Of a stretch of 64,000 nucleotides of DNA, positions 7,788 through 19,233 are shown in pieces (position 1 is the first letter of the stretch; every line of letters starts with the position of its first letter). The notes beneath the pieces were generated by a model. That model was not told the DNA's origin, did not search any database, and was given only the letters and a program-made list of their open reading frames with translations. This DNA comes from a bacterium (GTDB taxonomy: Bacteria > UBA8248 > JACPRG01 > G963555815). The stretch lies in contig CBDHDG010000001.1 of assembly GCA_965261595.1 (NCBI GenBank), forward strand, positions 96,001 to 160,000, read 5' to 3'. The position numbers and the translations under genes were made by a program.

Positions 7788-9851
7788 GTGGCTGAAGAGA
7801 GGCAGTTGGACGATCTCGCTGTCAACACCATCCGCACACTCTCGATGGACGCCGTTCAGGAAGCGGGCTCCGGCCACCCCGGCACAGCCATGGCCCTGGC
7901 GCCCGTGGTCTATCGCCTCTGGCAGCGACACCTCCGTTTCGACCCCGCCGACCCCATCTGGCCCAACCGGGACCGCTTCGTCCTCTCCATCGGCCACGCC
8001 TCGATGCTCCTCTATTCCCTCCTTCACCTGTGCGGCGTCAAGGCCGTCAACCCCATGTACGAAACCCTCGGGGAGCCGTCGGTCACACTCGACGACATCA
8101 AGCGGTTCCGGCAGCTCGACAGCAAGTGTCCCGGCCACCCCGAATATCGCTGGACTTCCGGCGTGGAGACGACGACCGGGCCCCTCGGCCAGGGCGTGGC
8201 GACCAGCGTGGGCATGGCCGTCGCCGAAAGGTGGATGGCCGCGCACTTCAACCGGCCGGGGTTCGAGATGTTCGACTACGACGTCTACGCCCTTTGCGGC
8301 GACGGTTGCATGATGGAGGGGGTCTCGGGCGAAGCCGCGTCCCTGGCGGGCCATCTCAAGCTCTCCAACCTGTGTTGGATCTACGACAACAACAAGATCA
8401 CCATCGAGGGCCACACGGCGTGGGCCTTCTCCGAGGACGTCGCGACCCGGTTCATCGGCTACGGCTGGAACGTCACGCGCGTCGGAGACGCCAACGATCA
8501 AGAGATGCTCGGCCGGGCGTTCGAGACCTTTCGGCAAACCGGCGACCGGCCGACCCTCGTCATCGTGGACAGCCACATCGCCTACGGCTCGCCGCACAAG
8601 CAGGACACCCACGCCGCCCACGGCGAACCCCTGGGCGATGAGGAGATCCGCCTGACCAAAAAGAACTACGGCTGGCCGCAGGACGCCAAGTTCCTCGTCC
8701 CCGAAGGCGTCCGCGAGCACTTTGAAGCGGGGATCGGAAGACGCGGCGGCGCGCTCCGCGCCGCGTGGATGGCCCGGTTCGATGAATACCGCGCGCTTCA
8801 CCCCGATTTGTCCGACCATCTCTACAAGATGCAGCACCGCCGACTGCCCGACGGGTGGGACCGGAACCTGCCCGAGTTTCCGCCGGACGCCAAGGGCCTC
8901 GCCAGCCGGGAATCCTCCGGAAAGGTCCTCAACGCCCTGGCGGAAAACGTGCCGTGGCTTATCGGCGGCTCGGCGGACCTGGCCCCATCCACCAAGACCC
9001 GCCTGACGTTCGGGGGGGCGGGGGACTTCTCCGCGGATGACCGCGCCGGCCGAAACCTCCACTTCGGCGTCCGCGAACACGCGATGGCGTCCATCCTGAA
9101 CGGGCTCTCCCTCAGCAAGGTCCGCCCCTACGGGTCCGGGTTCCTGATCTTCAGCGATTACTCCCGGCCCGCGATCCGGCTGAGCGCCCTGATGGAGATC
9201 CCGGTCATCTACATCTTCACCCACGACTCCATCGGCGTCGGCGAGGACGGCCCGACACACCAGCCCGTCGAGCACCTGACTTCCCTCCGGGCCATTCCCG
9301 GGCTGATCACCCTGCGGCCGGGCGACGCCAACGAAGTCGCCGAGGCGTGGCGGGTCATCGCCGGGCTCCGCCACGAGCCGGTGGCGTTGGTCCTCTCCCG
9401 GCAAGCGCTTCCAACGCTGGACCGCTCGAAATACGCCCCGGCCGCCGGCGTGGCGAGGGGCGGATATGTGTTGGCGGACGCCGAAGACGGCCGGCCGGAG
9501 GTCCTCCTTCTCGCAAGCGGCAGCGAGGTGTCCCTTTGCGTCGAAGCCTTCGAGGAATTAAAGTCCGAAGGCGTCCGGGCCCGCGTCGTGAGCCTGCCGT
9601 CCTGGGAGCTGTTCGACCGGCAGGACGCGGCGTACCGGGAAAGCGTCCTTCCCGCCGAGGTGACCGCCCGGCTCTCCGTGGAACAGTCAGCCACGCTCGG
9701 CTGGGACCGCTACGTCGGCCTCCGCGGGCGGAGCATCGGGATGAAGACCTTCGGGGCCTCGGCGCCGCTGAAGGAATTGCAGAAAAGATTCGGATTCTCG
9801 CCCGGCCGCGTCGCCGCCGCGGCCAAAGACCTCCTGACGAAAACGGGGTAA
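7788..9851 (+). CDS. tkt: transketolase
   Basis: SGHPG, NRDRFVLSIGH, TTGPLGQG, GDGCMMEG, GEDGPTHQP. Confidence 0.97.
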   Translation: MAEERQLDDLAVNTIRTLSMDAVQEAGSGHPGTAMALAPVVYRLWQRHLRFDPADPIWPNRDRFVLSIGHASMLLYSLLHLCGVKAVNPMYETLGEPSVTLDDIKRFRQLDSKCPGHPEYRWTSGVETTTGPLGQGVATSVGMAVAERWMAAHFNRPGFEMFDYDVYALCGDGCMMEGVSGEAASLAGHLKLSNLCWIYDNNKITIEGHTAWAFSEDVATRFIGYGWNVTRVGDANDQEMLGRAFETFRQTGDRPTLVIVDSHIAYGSPHKQDTHAAHGEPLGDEEIRLTKKNYGWPQDAKFLVPEGVREHFEAGIGRRGGALRAAWMARFDEYRALHPDLSDHLYKMQHRRLPDGWDRNLPEFPPDAKGLASRESSGKVLNALAENVPWLIGGSADLAPSTKTRLTFGGAGDFSADDRAGRNLHFGVREHAMASILNGLSLSKVRPYGSGFLIFSDYSRPAIRLSALMEIPVIYIFTHDSIGVGEDGPTHQPVEHLTSLRAIPGLITLRPGDANEVAEAWRVIAGLRHEPVALVLSRQALPTLDRSKYAPAAGVARGGYVLADAEDGRPEVLLLASGSEVSLCVEAFEELKSEGVRARVVSLPSWELFDRQDAAYRESVLPAEVTARLSVEQSATLGWDRYVGLRGRSIGMKTFGASAPLKELQKRFGFSPGRVAAAAKDLLTKTG

Positions 9852-9854
9852 GAC

Positions 9855-10337
9855 ATGCGCGTCGCGATGGGAGCCGATCACGCCGGGTTCGAGCTGAAGC
9901 GGACCTTGGCCGACCATGTGCGTGGACTCGGGCATGAAGTCGAGGACCTGGGGACCGGAAGCGCCGAACCGGTGGATTATCCCGACTTCGCCGAAGCCGT
10001 GGGCGTCGCCATTCGCGAGGACCGGGCGGATCGCGGAATCCTCGTCTGCGGCAGCGGCGTGGGCGCCTCCATCACGGCCAACAAGCTCCCCGGGATTCGG
10101 GCCGGCCTGTGTCATGACGTCTATTCCGCGCGCCAGGGCGTCGAGCACGATGAAATGAACATCCTGGTGATGGGGGCGCGCGTGATCGGACCCGAGCTGG
10201 CCCGGGACCTGGTCCGCTCTTTTCTGGACACGAAGTTCACCGGAGAGGAACGCCACCGCCGGAGACTCGGGAAACTCAACGCGATTGAGAAGCGCTACGG
10301 AGGGGCCGGCTCGGGCCCGGAGGAAGAAGCGCCATGA
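9855..10337 (+). CDS. rpiB: ribose-5-phosphate isomerase B
   Basis: [25 protein letters not shown]. Confidence 0.96.
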   Translation: MRVAMGADHAGFELKRTLADHVRGLGHEVEDLGTGSAEPVDYPDFAEAVGVAIREDRADRGILVCGSGVGASITANKLPGIRAGLCHDVYSARQGVEHDEMNILVMGARVIGPELARDLVRSFLDTKFTGEERHRRRLGKLNAIEKRYGGAGSGPEEEAP

Positions 10338-13186
10338 ACCCTTTGAAAGCGCTGAGCGAATACGGCCAGTCCGTCTGGCTGGACTACATCCGCCGGAACC
10401 TCATCGCGACGGGCGAGCTGAAGCGTCTCATCGAGGAAGACGGCCTGGCGGGCGTCACGTCGAATCCGGCCATCTTCGAGAAGGCCATCACCGGGAGCAC
10501 GGATTACTCCGAAGACCTGGCCGCCTTGCAGGAACAGGACTTCGACCCCACGTCGGTCTTCGAGCGGCTGGCGGTCCGGGACATCCAGGACGCCGCCGAT
10601 GTCTTGAGGCCGCTCTTTGATCGAACCAACCGCCGCGACGGATTCGTCAGCCTGGAGGTCTCCCCGTACAAGGCCAACGAGACCGAGGCCACCATCGAGG
10701 AGGCGAGGCGGCTCTGGTCGGCCGTCGGGCGCGAGAACCTCATGATCAAGGTCCCGGCCACCCCGGCCGGCCTCCCCGCCATCGAGACGCTCATTGGCGA
10801 GGGGATCAACGTCAACATCACCCTCCTCTTCGCCCGGGAGGCCTACGAACGGGTCGCCGAGGCCTATCTCCGGGGACTCGAAGCCCTGAGCGCGAAGGGC
10901 GAAGACCCGGGCCGCGTGGCGAGCGTCGCCAGCTTCTTCATCAGCCGGATCGACGCCGCGATTGAAGCCATCGTCAAGGTCCGGCTCAAATCCGTCGCCG
11001 AACCGGCCGAACGGGAGCTGCTCAAAAGCCTGCCCGGCAAGGTCGCCATCGCCAACGCCAAGCTCGCCTACCGGCAATACAAGTCCATCTTCAGCGGAGA
11101 CCGCTGGCGGGCCCTGGCGGATCGGGGGGCGCGGACACAGCGACTTCTGTGGGCCAGCACGAGCGCCAAGAACCCGAGTTACCGGGACGTGATCTACGTC
11201 GAGGAGCTCATCGGCCCCGATACGGTGAACACCATTCCGCCGGCCACCCTGGACGCGTTCCGGGATCACGGCCGCCCGCGCGCGAGCCTGGAAGAGGACG
11301 TCGACGCCGCGCAGGATGCGATGGACCGCCTCGAAGCGGCGGGCATCTCGATGAAAGACGTCACCGACAAGCTTCTCGAAGACGGCGTGCGGCTCTTCGC
11401 CGAGGCCTTCGACAAATTGTTGGCCGCGGTGAACAAGCGGTGCCGGGTGGTCGTGGACGCCCAGATCAACCGCCAACGCCACTCCCTGTCGGAAGCGGAC
11501 GCCGCGCGGGTCCAGGCGACGCTCGATGACTGGAAGCTCACCGGGAAGGTCCTGAGGCTCTGGACGCGGGACGCGACCCTGTGGACAGGCATGGACGAAG
11601 GAAAATGGCTCGGGTGGCTCGGCGTCACGGAAGACCAGCTCGCCCACGGCCAACACCTGCGGGACCTGGCCGATGAGGTGAAGGCCGACGGGTTTTCCCA
11701 TGTGGCGCTGTTAGGGATGGGCGGCTCCAGCCTGTGCCCGGAAGTCCTCAGAAAGACGTTCGGCCGGATCGAGGGGTTCCCCGAGCTGCAGGTCCTCGAT
11801 TCCACCGACCCCGCCCAGGTCAAGGCGCTCGAAAACCGGATCGACCCGGCCGACACCCTGTTCATCGTGTCCAGCAAATCGGGGAGCACGCTGGAGCCCA
11901 ACATTTTCAAGCAATATTTTTTCGAGCGGGTCCGGGAGGCCATCGGCGCGGACCGGGCGGGGGACCGGTTCATCGCCGTCACCGACCCCGGATCAAAACT
12001 CGAAGCCATCGCGGAGGAGGACGGCTTCCGCCACATTTTCCACGGCGATCCGAGCATCGGCGGCCGGTACTCCGCCCTGTCGAACTTCGGGATGGTCCCG
12101 GCGGCCGCGATGGGCCTGGACGCGCTGAAGCTCCTGGACAGCGCGGACGAGATGGCCGTCTCTTCCTCCTCCTGTCTGCCCGCGGACGAGAATCCCGGCG
12201 TGGTCCTGGGAGCGGCCCTGGGCGTCCTGGCCCAGGGGGGGCGGGACAAGGTGACGCTCATCGCCTCGCCGGGCATTGAGGCTCTCGGGGCCTGGATCGA
12301 ACAGCTGATCGCCGAGTCCACCGGGAAGGATGGCCGGGGTCTCATCCCCGTGGACCGGGAGCCCCTGGGACCGCCGGATGTGTACGGCGACGACCGGATC
12401 TTCGTCTACGAACGGCTGGAATCCGCCCCGGACGCCTCCCAGGACGCGGCGGTCTCGGCCCTCGAGGAGGCCGGACATCCCGTCCTCCGGTTCTCCGTCG
12501 CCGAGCCCCATGACCTGGGGCAGGAGTTTTTCCGCTGGGAGCTCGCCACGGCCGTTGCGGGATCCATTCTCGGAATCAATCCCTTCGATCAGCCGGACGT
12601 GGAGGCCGGCAAAGCGGCGACCCGGGAGCTGATGGCGGAATACGAGAAAACGGGCGCCCTCCCTCCGGAGACCCCCATCTTCGAAGAAAAAGGCGTCAAG
12701 TTGTTCGCGGATGAGCAGAACGCCATTTCGCTCTGGACAACGGTGACCTCCCATCCATCCCTCGCCGCATATCTCGGGGCGCACCTCGACCGGATCGAGG
12801 CGGGGGATTACTTCGCGCTGCTTGCGTATATCGAGATGAAGGACGCCCACGAAGGACCGCTCCAGACAATGCGCCGGGCGGTTCGCGACCATCGCCGCGC
12901 GGCCACCTGTCTGGGATTCGGCCCGCGCTTCCTCCATTCAACCGGGCAGGCGTACAAGGGCGGTCCGAACACCGGGGTTTTCCTGCAAATCACGTGCGAC
13001 GACGCGCAAGACCTGCCGGTCCCCGGCCAGCGGTTTACTTTCGGCGCCGTGAAGGCCGCGCAGGCCCGGGGCGACTTCCAGGTTCTGGCCGAGCGGGATC
13101 GGCGCGCCCTTCGGGTCCACCTGGGCGAAGACGTAACGGCCGGGCTGGAGATTTTGCAAACCGCCATCCTCCAAACGACAGGGTAA
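10334..13186 (+). CDS. tal-pgi: bifunctional transaldolase / glucose-6-phosphate isomerase
   Basis: [27 protein letters not shown] in the N-half; [34 protein letters not shown] in the C-half. Confidence 0.95.
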   Translation: MNPLKALSEYGQSVWLDYIRRNLIATGELKRLIEEDGLAGVTSNPAIFEKAITGSTDYSEDLAALQEQDFDPTSVFERLAVRDIQDAADVLRPLFDRTNRRDGFVSLEVSPYKANETEATIEEARRLWSAVGRENLMIKVPATPAGLPAIETLIGEGINVNITLLFAREAYERVAEAYLRGLEALSAKGEDPGRVASVASFFISRIDAAIEAIVKVRLKSVAEPAERELLKSLPGKVAIANAKLAYRQYKSIFSGDRWRALADRGARTQRLLWASTSAKNPSYRDVIYVEELIGPDTVNTIPPATLDAFRDHGRPRASLEEDVDAAQDAMDRLEAAGISMKDVTDKLLEDGVRLFAEAFDKLLAAVNKRCRVVVDAQINRQRHSLSEADAARVQATLDDWKLTGKVLRLWTRDATLWTGMDEGKWLGWLGVTEDQLAHGQHLRDLADEVKADGFSHVALLGMGGSSLCPEVLRKTFGRIEGFPELQVLDSTDPAQVKALENRIDPADTLFIVSSKSGSTLEPNIFKQYFFERVREAIGADRAGDRFIAVTDPGSKLEAIAEEDGFRHIFHGDPSIGGRYSALSNFGMVPAAAMGLDALKLLDSADEMAVSSSSCLPADENPGVVLGAALGVLAQGGRDKVTLIASPGIEALGAWIEQLIAESTGKDGRGLIPVDREPLGPPDVYGDDRIFVYERLESAPDASQDAAVSALEEAGHPVLRFSVAEPHDLGQEFFRWELATAVAGSILGINPFDQPDVEAGKAATRELMAEYEKTGALPPETPIFEEKGVKLFADEQNAISLWTTVTSHPSLAAYLGAHLDRIEAGDYFALLAYIEMKDAHEGPLQTMRRAVRDHRRAATCLGFGPRFLHSTGQAYKGGPNTGVFLQITCDDAQDLPVPGQRFTFGAVKAAQARGDFQVLAERDRRALRVHLGEDVTAGLEILQTAILQTTG

Positions 13187-13256
13187 GACAAAGCGGCGGA
13201 CCGCCCGGACCCTTTGCGGTCCCGGGTGCGGTCTCTTCCGGAAAGGAGCGGCGACG

Positions 13257-14242
<986 letters not shown>

Positions 14243-14246
<4 letters not shown>

Positions 14247-15790
14247 AGAAGATGGCGCACGGGCGGGAGACGGGCGCGGGCGAAGAACCGGCGGGAAAAA
14301 CGGCCGACCCCTGTGTCATGGTGATCTTCGGCGCGTCCGGGGACCTGACCAAGCGAAAGCTCATCCCGGCCCTCTACAACCTGGCGAGCCAGAATCTGCT
14401 CTCGGAAAACTTCGCCGTCATCGGCTTCGCCCGGCGCGAGATGAGCACGGAAGACTTCCGGGAGAAACTCAGCCGGGAGATCGGGGAGTACGCCACCGGC
14501 CCGATCGATCCTGAGCTCTGGCGACGGTGCGTCGACCGGATCCACTACTTTTGCGGCAACCTGGGGGACGCGGACGCTTACGGGCGGCTGCAAAACCTCC
14601 TTTCCGAGCTGGAGGTGAAGCACAACACCCGGGGCAACATCCTCTACTACTTGGCGACCGCGCCCGATTTCTTCTCTCCGGTGACCCGATGCCTGGGCGA
14701 CGCCGGGTTGGTCCGCGAGGAGGAGGGCGCTTGGCGGCGCGTCATCTTTGAAAAACCGTTCGGGCGGGACCTCCAATCGGCGAAGACCCTCAATCAGGAC
14801 ATCCGGCAGGTCCTGGACGAGGGCCAGATCTATCGCATCGACCATTATCTGGGCAAAGAAACCGTCCAGAACATCATGGTCTTCCGGTTCGCCAACGGCA
14901 TTTTCGAGCCCATCTGGAACCGCCGCTATATCGATCACGTCCAGATCACCGTGGCCGAGCGTTTGGGGGTCGAGCAGCGCGGCGGTTACTACGACGAGTC
15001 CGGCGCGCTTCGGGACATGGCGCCCAACCACATCTGTCAACTGATCAGTCTGACGGCCATGGAGCCCCCCATCTCCTTCGAAGCGGACGCCGTCCGGGAT
15101 GAGCAAGCCAAGATCCTACGGGCCATCCAGCCCCTGTCCTCCGAAGAAGTGCTCACCCGAACCGTCCGGGGGCAATACGGAGAAGGGACAGTGGACGGAG
15201 CGCGCGTCCCCGGGTATCGCGGCAAGGAGCGGGTGCCGGACGACTCCGGCACGGAAACCTATGTGGCGTTGAAACTGTATATCGACAACTGGCGCTGGGC
15301 CGGGGTGCCCTTTTACATCCGCACGGGGAAGAGCCTTCCCGTTCGGCGCACGGAAATCACCATCCAGTTCAAGCGCGCCCCGTTCATCCTGTTCCGGAAT
15401 ACGCCGGTCGAGACCCTGACGCCGAACCAGCTCGTCCTCCAACTCCAGCCCGACGAAGGCATCTCCTTGAGCTTCGGGGCCAAGGTCCCCGGACCGATCG
15501 TCAACGTCGGCACGGTCGACATGAGCTTTCATTACGAAGACCACTTCGGGATCACCCCCAGCACCGGGTACGAGCGGTTGCTTTACGACGGCATGCTCGG
15601 GGACGCGACGCTGTTCCAGCGCGCGGACATGGTGGAGGCCGGCTGGGCCGTGGTGGAACCGATCCTCGACGTATGGAAGGCCCTGCCACCGCGCGATTTC
15701 CCCAACTACACCGCGGGCGAATGGGGGCCGAAGGGGGCGGATGAGCTGATGGCGCGGGACGGACGTGAATGGAGGGCTTCCGACGAATGA
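14243..15790 (+). CDS. zwf: glucose-6-phosphate 1-dehydrogenase
   Basis: [30 protein letters not shown]. Confidence 0.97.
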
Positions 15791-16776
15791 TCCTGGCGGG
15801 CGACGTCGGCGGCACGAACGCGAGGCTGGCGATCTACGATGTGGAACACGGAAAACCCAAGCCCCTGGCATTGGAGGTCGTTCCCACCCGTCTCTATGGG
15901 AGCTTCCGGGAAGTCGCCGCCGGGTTCATGGAAAGACACGCCACGCCCGTTGAGCGGGCCTGCTTCGGCGTCGCCGGTCCGGTCAAGGACGGCCGGGCCG
16001 ATCCCCCGAACCTGGAGTGGGAATTCGATGAAGAACGCCTCGCGGACGAGTTGGGGTTGAAGAAGGTCTACCTGGTCAACGACCTCGTCGCCAACGCGCA
16101 CGGGATCGCCGCGCTCGAGGAGGAGGATTTCGCCCCGCTCAACGCGGGCGAGCCGCTCGAAGGGGGCGCCCGCGCCCTGATTTCCCCCGGCACCGGACTC
16201 GGCGAGGCCGGGCTGATCCGACTCGGCGGCCACCACCGGCCGTTTCCTTCCGAGGGCGGACACACCGATTTCGCGCCCCGCGATGAGCTCGAAATCGCGC
16301 TCCTCCAATTCCTCCTCACCGACCTGGAGCACGTCAGTTACGAGAGCGTCCTTTCCGGCGCCGGTCTCCACAGGATTTATCAATTCCTCCGCGAGACGGG
16401 CCGGGCGGAGGAGCCCGCGTGGCTGGCCGGCCGGATCCGGGCCGAGGACCCCGCCGCCGTCATCTCCACGGTTGCGCTGGAAGACGGTTCGGAGTTGTGC
16501 GTCCGGGCGCTGGACCTGTTCGTGTCGATCCTTGGAGCGGAGGCCGGAAACCTGGCGCTCAAGGTCTTCGCGACCGGAGGCGTATTCATCGGCGGAGGCA
16601 TCGCGCCGAAAATCCTTCCCAAGCTGAAGGCGCCGACGTTCATGAGAGCCTTCACCGCCAAGGGAAGGATGAAGGCGCTGCTCCGCTCGATACCCGTCCA
16701 TGCCATTTTGAACGACAAAACGGCCCTGTTGGGCGCGGCGCGATATGCCGGGCTGCAAGGAGCACAGCCTGAATAG
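15787..16776 (+). CDS. glk: glucokinase
   Basis: [33 protein letters not shown] overlap with zwf. Confidence 0.95.
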   Translation: MILAGDVGGTNARLAIYDVEHGKPKPLALEVVPTRLYGSFREVAAGFMERHATPVERACFGVAGPVKDGRADPPNLEWEFDEERLADELGLKKVYLVNDLVANAHGIAALEEEDFAPLNAGEPLEGGARALISPGTGLGEAGLIRLGGHHRPFPSEGGHTDFAPRDELEIALLQFLLTDLEHVSYESVLSGAGLHRIYQFLRETGRAEEPAWLAGRIRAEDPAAVISTVALEDGSELCVRALDLFVSILGAEAGNLALKVFATGGVFIGGGIAPKILPKLKAPTFMRAFTAKGRMKALLRSIPVHAILNDKTALLGAARYAGLQGAQPE

Positions 16777-16888
16777 CGAAGGGTGGCGTCCCCGGCGGGG
16801 ACAGGCCCAACCGGGTCGAGTTTTAAAATGGCCCTCCGGAAGATCTCCCTTGCCTTTCCGCAACCCGCGGCAAGTGAAACGGCCATCC

Positions 16889-17653
16889 ATGTCATCCCCC
16901 GAACGAGAGATAGAGATCCTGGACGACCCCGAGGCCATGACCCGCCGGGCGGCGGCGGAATTCGTCCGTCTGGGGGAGGATGCGGTCCGGGCGAAGGGGC
17001 GGTTCACGGTCGCCCTCTCGGGCGGGTCCACCCCCAGGGCCCTCTATACACTCCTGGCAAGCGATGGGGCGCCGTATCGGTCCCGGATCCCTTGGGGGCA
17101 AACCCATTTATTCTGGGGAGATGAACGGCACGTTCCCGCCGACCATCCCGAGAGCAACTTCCGCATGGTCCATGAAGCCCTCCTGTCCCGGGCGCCCGTC
17201 CTGGCGGAAAACATCCATCGAATCCGGGCTGAAAATCCCGATGCCGAAGCGGCGGCCCGAGACTATGAAACGTCCCTCCGGGATTTTTTCGGCCTGAAGG
17301 CGGGAGAGCCGCCCCGGTTCGATCTGGTCTTGCTGGGGATGGGGGCGGATGGACACACTGCGTCGATCTTTCCGGGAACCGGCGTGATCGCCGAGGCGGA
17401 CCGTCTCGTCGCGGCCCCTTGGGTCGGAAAATTCAGCGCCCGCCGAATCACCCTGACGCCGCCCGTCCTGAACAACGCGGCCTGCGTCCTCTTTGTCGTC
17501 GGCGGAGCGGAGAAGGCGGACGCGCTGCGCGCCGTCCTGTCCGGAGCGTTCAATCCCGGCCGCTTCCCCGCCCAGATCGTCATTCCCGCAAAGGGAAGAC
17601 TTCACTGGCTGGTGGACCGGGCGGCCGCGGGCCGTTTGGAAAAAGGGGGATGA
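16889..17653 (+). CDS. pgl: 6-phosphogluconolactonase
   Basis: LSGGSTP, GDERHVP, SN, LGMGADGHTASIFP, RITLT. Confidence 0.95.
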   Translation: MSSPEREIEILDDPEAMTRRAAAEFVRLGEDAVRAKGRFTVALSGGSTPRALYTLLASDGAPYRSRIPWGQTHLFWGDERHVPADHPESNFRMVHEALLSRAPVLAENIHRIRAENPDAEAAARDYETSLRDFFGLKAGEPPRFDLVLLGMGADGHTASIFPGTGVIAEADRLVAAPWVGKFSARRITLTPPVLNNAACVLFVVGGAEKADALRAVLSGAFNPGRFPAQIVIPAKGRLHWLVDRAAAGRLEKGG

Positions 17654-17864
17654 CCCGCTCAGACGCCCTGCGATTCGCGCAAGCGCTGTAGACGCGCGGC
17701 CCGGGGTGTGGGAAAATAACGCACATGGTCGATCCAAACCTTTTCGGTCACAACACAGGAAGTGACACCGGGCGTCAGGGGCTTCTCCGTTCGTCGAGAG
17801 CCTCTTGCCTGAATTCGCGCGGGACCCCGTTGGGATTCACAATCAGCCGGAGGATGGATTCAAG

Positions 17865-18725
17865 ATGAAGCCGGCCCCTTTTGATTACGTCGCGCCCTCA
17901 TCGGTGCCGGAAGTGTTGGAGTTGTTGAAGCGGTATGGGGAGGAGGCGAAGCTTCTGGCGGGCGGGCAAAGCCTGCTGCCCATGCTCGGGATGCGTCTTC
18001 ACCAGGCGGGGGTGTTGATCGACCTCAATCGGGTCGGCGATCTGCAAGGCATCCGGCGGGAGGACGGCTTCCTCAAGGTGGGCGCCATGACCCGGCATTC
18101 GGACGTGGAACGCTCCTCCGAGGTTGCCGAGTCGGCCCCGCTGCTGTCCCAGGCGGTTCCCCTGATCGGCCACGCGGCGATCCGGAACCGGGGTACGTTG
18201 GGGGGATCGCTGGCCCACAACCATCCGGCGTCGGAGCTTCCGGCCGTGGTGGCGGCGTTAGAAGCGCGGATTGAGATCCGGAGCCCCTCTTCGACCCGCA
18301 CGCTGAGCGCCCAGGAGTTTTTCACGTCCTATCTGTCCACCGACCTCGCGGAGGACGAGCTGTTGACCGAGGTGAGTTTTCCCATTCTGGGCGAAGGCTG
18401 GCGGACGGCGTTTCTGGAGTTTTCCCGCCGGGTCGGGGATTTCGCCCTGGTCGGGGTGGCCGCGGCCGCGCGGATGGAGAACGGACAGTGCCGGGAAGCG
18501 CGGATCGCGCTGACGGGCGTCGGGGGCGTCCCCGCACGGGCGACGGAAGCGGAGGCGATTCTTCGGGATTCGCCCCTTTCGCCCGAGGTGATGGAGCGGG
18601 CGGCCGAGGCGGTGAAGGGCGAGGTCGAGCCGCTTTCGGATTTTCATGGCTCATCGGATTACCGGCGGCACTTGTGCGGCGTGTTCACGCGGCGGGCGCT
18701 GGCCCGGATTGCCGGAGGGGAGTAG
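17865..18725 (+). CDS. xanthine-oxidase-family molybdoenzyme FAD subunit (CoxM/CutM-like)
   Basis: MKPAPFDY, LAGGQSL, IRNRGTLGG, SDYRR. Confidence 0.93.
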   Translation: MKPAPFDYVAPSSVPEVLELLKRYGEEAKLLAGGQSLLPMLGMRLHQAGVLIDLNRVGDLQGIRREDGFLKVGAMTRHSDVERSSEVAESAPLLSQAVPLIGHAAIRNRGTLGGSLAHNHPASELPAVVAALEARIEIRSPSSTRTLSAQEFFTSYLSTDLAEDELLTEVSFPILGEGWRTAFLEFSRRVGDFALVGVAAAARMENGQCREARIALTGVGGVPARATEAEAILRDSPLSPEVMERAAEAVKGEVEPLSDFHGSSDYRRHLCGVFTRRALARIAGGE

Positions 18726-19223
18726 ATGGGGAAGTTGGAGCCGAAGCGGCGGTTGAACGTGCGCCTGGAGGTGAACGGCCGCCCGGCGGAGGGGGAGACC
18801 GAGGCGCGCAAGAGCCTGGCGGACTTTCTTCGCGAGGACCTGCGCCTGACGGGGACGCACGTGGGCTGCGAGCAGGGGGTGTGCGGGGCGTGCACGGTGC
18901 TGCTGGACGGCGAGCCGGTGCGCTCGTGCCTGCTGTTGGCGGCGCAGGCGGAGGGGTGCTCGGTGGAGACGGTGGAAGGTCTTGCGCCTCCGGAGGGACC
19001 GCTCCATCCGATTCAGGAGGCGTTTCACATCCATCACGCGCTCCAATGCGGGTTTTGCACGCCGGGGTTTTTGATGACGCTGAAGGCGGCGCTGTCGGAG
19101 CCGCGGACCTGGACACGGGATGAGATCCGCGAGCTGTTGTCGGGGAACATCTGCCGGTGCACGGGCTATCACCACATCGTAGACGCCGTGGAGAAGGCGG
19201 CCGAGCTCCTCCACCCGAAATGA
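18726..19223 (+). CDS. molybdoenzyme [2Fe-2S] subunit (CoxS/CutS-like)
   Basis: GCEQGVCGACTV, QCGFCTPG, CRCTGY. Confidence 0.95.
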   Translation: MGKLEPKRRLNVRLEVNGRPAEGETEARKSLADFLREDLRLTGTHVGCEQGVCGACTVLLDGEPVRSCLLLAAQAEGCSVETVEGLAPPEGPLHPIQEAFHIHHALQCGFCTPGFLMTLKAALSEPRTWTRDEIRELLSGNICRCTGYHHIVDAVEKAAELLHPK

Positions 19224-19233
19224 GAAGCGATCC

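Noticed and set aside
7536..9404. Long antisense ORFs (e.g. 7536..9404, 40808..42889, 44323..46011, 38204..39697)
   Set aside because: Shadows of real genes caused by high-GC codon bias; no motifs.
10334..13186. Tal-Pgi fusion and clustered pentose-phosphate operon as a novelty
   Set aside because: This fusion and operon layout are already known in several bacterial groups.
17770..17815. Hairpin upstream of the molybdoenzyme operon as a Moco riboswitch
   Set aside because: No Moco-motif conserved sequence recognised; a single GC-rich stem is expected by chance.
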